DNA of 64,000 nt from Lentilitoribacter sp. (GTDB taxonomy: Bacteria > Pseudomonadota > Alphaproteobacteria > Rhizobiales > Rhizobiaceae): the NCBI GenBank assembly GCA_039986595.1, contig JBDWQJ010000004.1, forward strand, positions 621,385-685,384. The letters are read 5' to 3'. Below the pieces are notes generated by a model that had not been told where the DNA came from, did not search any database, and was given only the letters and a program-made list of their open reading frames with translations. This document shows, in pieces, positions 61,099-64,000 of the stretch. The stretch's first letter is position 1; every line of letters begins with the position of its first letter. The translations under genes were made by a program, and so were the position numbers.

Positions 61099-62496
61099 AT
61101 GAGCGAACAAACCAAAACATATTCGTTGCGCCAAAGACTGCTGGTTTGGCTTTTATTACCATTGCTTATCATTGGTATTATTTCACTTATCGATGCCTAT
61201 AATTCAGCGCGTTTAACCGCAGATGAAATATCAGACAGGGTTCTTGCAGGATCAGCCTTAGCAATTGCCGAACGTATTTTCGTTAATGATGACGGGGATT
61301 TAGATGTTGATATACCCTATGTCGCATTAGAAATGCTAACGTCTGCAGAAGATGATCGCGTGTTTTATAAAATTGAGGGTGAGGCTGGTGAATTTATCAC
61401 TGGATATCGGAATTTAAATTTACCTCAATCCGTTGATAGATCAGAAAACAATCTTAAATTTTCTGATGCCGAATTTCGTAATTTCCCCATTCGTATTGCT
61501 GTTTTAGAAGGTGCAGCATCATCGAGCCAATCATCACTTGGATATCGTTTGGCGATTGCTGAAACGACCAATGGGCGAAATAAAATGGCGCAAGATATCT
61601 TAATCCGATCAGCTATCAGGCAAGGTTTTCTCATTTTAACAGCTGCAATTGCAGTTTGGTTTGCTGTCACCAGAGCGTTGCGCCCGCTTTACACAGTTCG
61701 AGATGCGATTGGGCGGCGTAGTTCTGATGATTTAAGGCCGATTTTACACGCAGTACCAAACGAAATTAAGGGACTGGTGACGACGACCAACGACCTTTTA
61801 AGTCGGATTGGGGCGAGTATTTCAGCGATGCGGAATTTTACTTCCAATGCGAGCCATCAATTACGAACGCCGCTGGCTGTTATGCGGACACAAGCGGAGA
61901 TCGCGCGCCGAGCAAAATCAGATGTTGATCGTGAGAAAGCGCTCACTCAAGTGGATGAGGCAATCAAAGATTCTGAAAAAATGATCTCGCGGTTGATGGT
62001 TTTAGCGCGCATTGATTCAGGTGCATTAGAGAACCTGCCAAATTTGAATTGCGATATTGCAGAAACCTGCAGGATGGTGTGTGCAGATATCATTTCTCAT
62101 CAAAAATTGGGTAATATTGATTTAGGTTATGAAGGTATTGACCACCTTTTGATCAAGGGAGATCCGGTTTTATATCGTGAGATGCTGCGTAATTTGGTTG
62201 AAAATGCGGTTAAGTATGGTGGTGAAAATATCCATATTACCGTCAGTTGCCGCAACATAAATGATCAATGTCAAATTGATATTGAGGATACTGGGATTGG
62301 TATGACCGCGCAGCAGAAAGTGGATTTGATGCAACGTTTCTCAAGCGGAGAATATTCCAAAAATGGCTCGGGTCTAGGTCTACCAATTGCGCGAGATATT
62401 GCACATTTGTTTGGCGGCGTAATGGAGCTTAAGAACCGAAAAGATGGCTCTGGGCTTGTGGTTTCACTGTTGTTTCCGCAATTGTTAGAGGCGTAA
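61099..62496 (+). CDS. tctE: Sensor histidine kinase, TctE-like
   Basis: Two TM segments, DRVFY periplasmic motif, ASHQLRTPL H-box, NLVENAVKY, EDTGIG, GSGLGL. Confidence 0.85.
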   Translation: MSEQTKTYSLRQRLLVWLLLPLLIIGIISLIDAYNSARLTADEISDRVLAGSALAIAERIFVNDDGDLDVDIPYVALEMLTSAEDDRVFYKIEGEAGEFITGYRNLNLPQSVDRSENNLKFSDAEFRNFPIRIAVLEGAASSSQSSLGYRLAIAETTNGRNKMAQDILIRSAIRQGFLILTAAIAVWFAVTRALRPLYTVRDAIGRRSSDDLRPILHAVPNEIKGLVTTTNDLLSRIGASISAMRNFTSNASHQLRTPLAVMRTQAEIARRAKSDVDREKALTQVDEAIKDSEKMISRLMVLARIDSGALENLPNLNCDIAETCRMVCADIISHQKLGNIDLGYEGIDHLLIKGDPVLYREMLRNLVENAVKYGGENIHITVSCRNINDQCQIDIEDTGIGMTAQQKVDLMQRFSSGEYSKNGSGLGLPIARDIAHLFGGVMELKNRKDGSGLVVSLLFPQLLEA

Positions 62497-62517
62497 GAGA
62501 TCAATTGTAAGGAGAAG

Positions 62518-62778
62518 ATGATGATAAATACTGATCTTTTAAAAGCTCTAGATTTTATCAAGTCTGGGAATTATCAAACCGGAGCTGATCTTGAAGCAGC
62601 CCATGCGATCTGTCAGGGCGGTGAGGGCATGGCAGAATATGATTGGGTTCACGCTTTTGTTCACCGTATTGAGGGCGATAGTTTCAATGCAGATTATTGG
62701 TATAAGCGCGCTGGTAAACCTGTATATGACGGCAGTTTTGAAGAAGAATGGCTTGAGATAAAGTCTGCTTTGACTTGA
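62518..62778 (+). CDS. Conserved hypothetical protein
   Basis: AHAICQ...WVHAFVHRIEGD..NADYWYKRAG motif; RBS AAGGAG. Confidence 0.75.
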   Translation: MMINTDLLKALDFIKSGNYQTGADLEAAHAICQGGEGMAEYDWVHAFVHRIEGDSFNADYWYKRAGKPVYDGSFEEEWLEIKSALT

Positions 62779-62846
62779 TGCGCGGAACAATCCGTTTTAA
62801 GGGTGAGGCAAGAGAATTACGAATGATAAATATGAGGAGCAAATAG

Positions 62847-63083
62847 ATGCAGTGTGTCTTTGTGCAGATTAGATGCAAGCCCGGTACAGGGTACAAAGTA
62901 GCTGACGAAATTGTCGCTCGAGAAGTTCATTCTGAATTATATTCGACCAGTGGTGATTTTGATCTACTTGTTAAACTTTATGTCGAAAAAGATGTCGATA
63001 TTGGCAAATATATCAATGATAATCTGCTTGATATTGCAGGTATTGAACGCACATTAACAACGCTGACGTTCAAGACGTTTTAA
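62847..63083 (+). CDS. Stand-alone Lrp/AsnC ligand-binding domain protein
   Basis: YSTSGDFDLLVK motif, no HTH; RBS GAGGAG. Confidence 0.8.
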   Translation: MQCVFVQIRCKPGTGYKVADEIVAREVHSELYSTSGDFDLLVKLYVEKDVDIGKYINDNLLDIAGIERTLTTLTFKTF

Positions 63084-63116
63084 ATTTAGCAACTAACACA
63101 TTAAAGGCATTACGTG

Positions 63117-63944
63117 ATGGCTGATTATACCCTGGCCTTTTTACTGATTTTGGCGGTCGCTATGTTGTGCACGGGCGCAATCGCTGGTGTTCTTGCTGGC
63201 TTATTAGGTGTCGGCGGCGGTATCGTCATCGTGCCAGTGTTGTTCATTTTATTTGATTATCTGGATATTCCGCCGCAAATCAGCATGCATATCGCGGTTG
63301 CGACATCATTAGCGACAATTATTCCAACGTCGATTTCATCTGCCCGTTCGCACCACAAAAAGGGTTCAATCGATCTGGATTTATTAAAATCCTGGGCGCC
63401 ATTGATATTCATTGGTGCGGCGATTGGCGGGGTGTTATCAAAGTATCTTGCCTCAACCAGTTTGACCTTGATATTTGGTGTGATTGCCTTGTTGGTTTCC
63501 ATTAATATGGCTTTGCCGAAGAAGTTGGTGATATCTGATGAATTGCCAAAAGGTGTTGTTGGTAAAGGTTTGCTTCCAAGCTTTATTGGCGGTTTTTCAG
63601 CGTTAATGGGCATTGGTGGTGGAACATTATCCGTGCCGATTTTATCTGCCTTTTCGTTTCCCATTCATCGCGCTGTTGGCACCGCATCAGCGTTTGGTTT
63701 GGTGATTGCCATCCCCGCCGTTATTGGATTTATTTGGTCTGGGTGGTCCGCGGATTTAAGGCCACCATATTCATTTGGCTATGTCAGCCTACCAGCTGCC
63801 GTATTGATCTTCTCAGTCAGCGTATTTACAGCTCCATTGGGGGCAAAGCTTGCGCATAGTCTCAATCCTGCAAATCTTAAAAAGGCATTTGCGTTGTTCT
63901 TGTTCATCACGTCTTTACGGATGTTATGGGTTGGATTGAGTTAA
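63117..63944 (+). CDS. TauE/SafE (TSUP) family membrane transporter
   Basis: GLLGVGGG, AVATSLA, GIGGGT, AVGTASA duplicated motifs. Confidence 0.9.
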   Translation: MADYTLAFLLILAVAMLCTGAIAGVLAGLLGVGGGIVIVPVLFILFDYLDIPPQISMHIAVATSLATIIPTSISSARSHHKKGSIDLDLLKSWAPLIFIGAAIGGVLSKYLASTSLTLIFGVIALLVSINMALPKKLVISDELPKGVVGKGLLPSFIGGFSALMGIGGGTLSVPILSAFSFPIHRAVGTASAFGLVIAIPAVIGFIWSGWSADLRPPYSFGYVSLPAAVLIFSVSVFTAPLGAKLAHSLNPANLKKAFALFLFITSLRMLWVGLS

Positions 63945-63948
63945 AGGC

Positions 63949-64000
63949 TCACGCTTTTAAGCGCAATATAGCTGATAGAGCGTTTCCATAATCTGCGATA
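63949..64000 (-). CDS. Possible 3' end of a gene entering from beyond the window
   Basis: Open frame IADYGNALSAILRLKA-stop convergent with the TSUP gene; too short to identify. Confidence 0.3.
   Translation of the reverse strand, partial: IADYGNALSAILRLKA

Noticed and set aside
1-64000. CRISPR arrays, transposases, integrases, prophage, rRNA/tRNA, defence systems
   Set aside because: No repeat-spacer periodicity, terminal inverted repeats, RNA-gene signatures or matching ORFs were seen by inspection; a covariance-model scan was not run.

Overview
Origin-proximal chromosome segment of a low-GC alphaproteobacterium. Rhizobiales is inferred from gene order and protein similarity; a marine lineage is plausible but not provable here. 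The window starts with maf | oriC | hemE-hemJ-rho-mnmE-mnmG-rsmG-parA-parB. Conserved housekeeping genes follow (holA-lptE-leuS, yggS, prpE, DUF1013, htpX-rsmB-heparinase-like-purH, large NAD-GDH, pdxY, carbonic anhydrase, asd-leuB-leuD). An accessory stretch then holds an AraC-GyrI regulator, a TetR/DUF1772 pair, an HTH-citrate synthase/CoA-transferase pair, a LexA-boxed imuA-imuB-dnaE2 mutasome, a polar amino acid ABC transporter, and a TctABC + AtuA-family/DUF4387 locus with an orphan binding protein and a TctDE-type two-component system. No rRNA, tRNA, CRISPR array or transposase was seen. Top leads: (1) an unannotated 30-codon leader ORF upstream of asd ending I-A-K-T-A-I-K-T-T-K-T-T-stop, followed by mutually exclusive helices covering the asd ribosome-binding site, i.e. 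a candidate Lys/Thr(/Ile)-sensing ribosome-dependent attenuator; (2) five of seven parS-like sites deviate from the palindrome at the same symmetric position and thereby contain a GANTC (CcrM) motif; (3) two uncharacterised carboxylate-metabolism modules.
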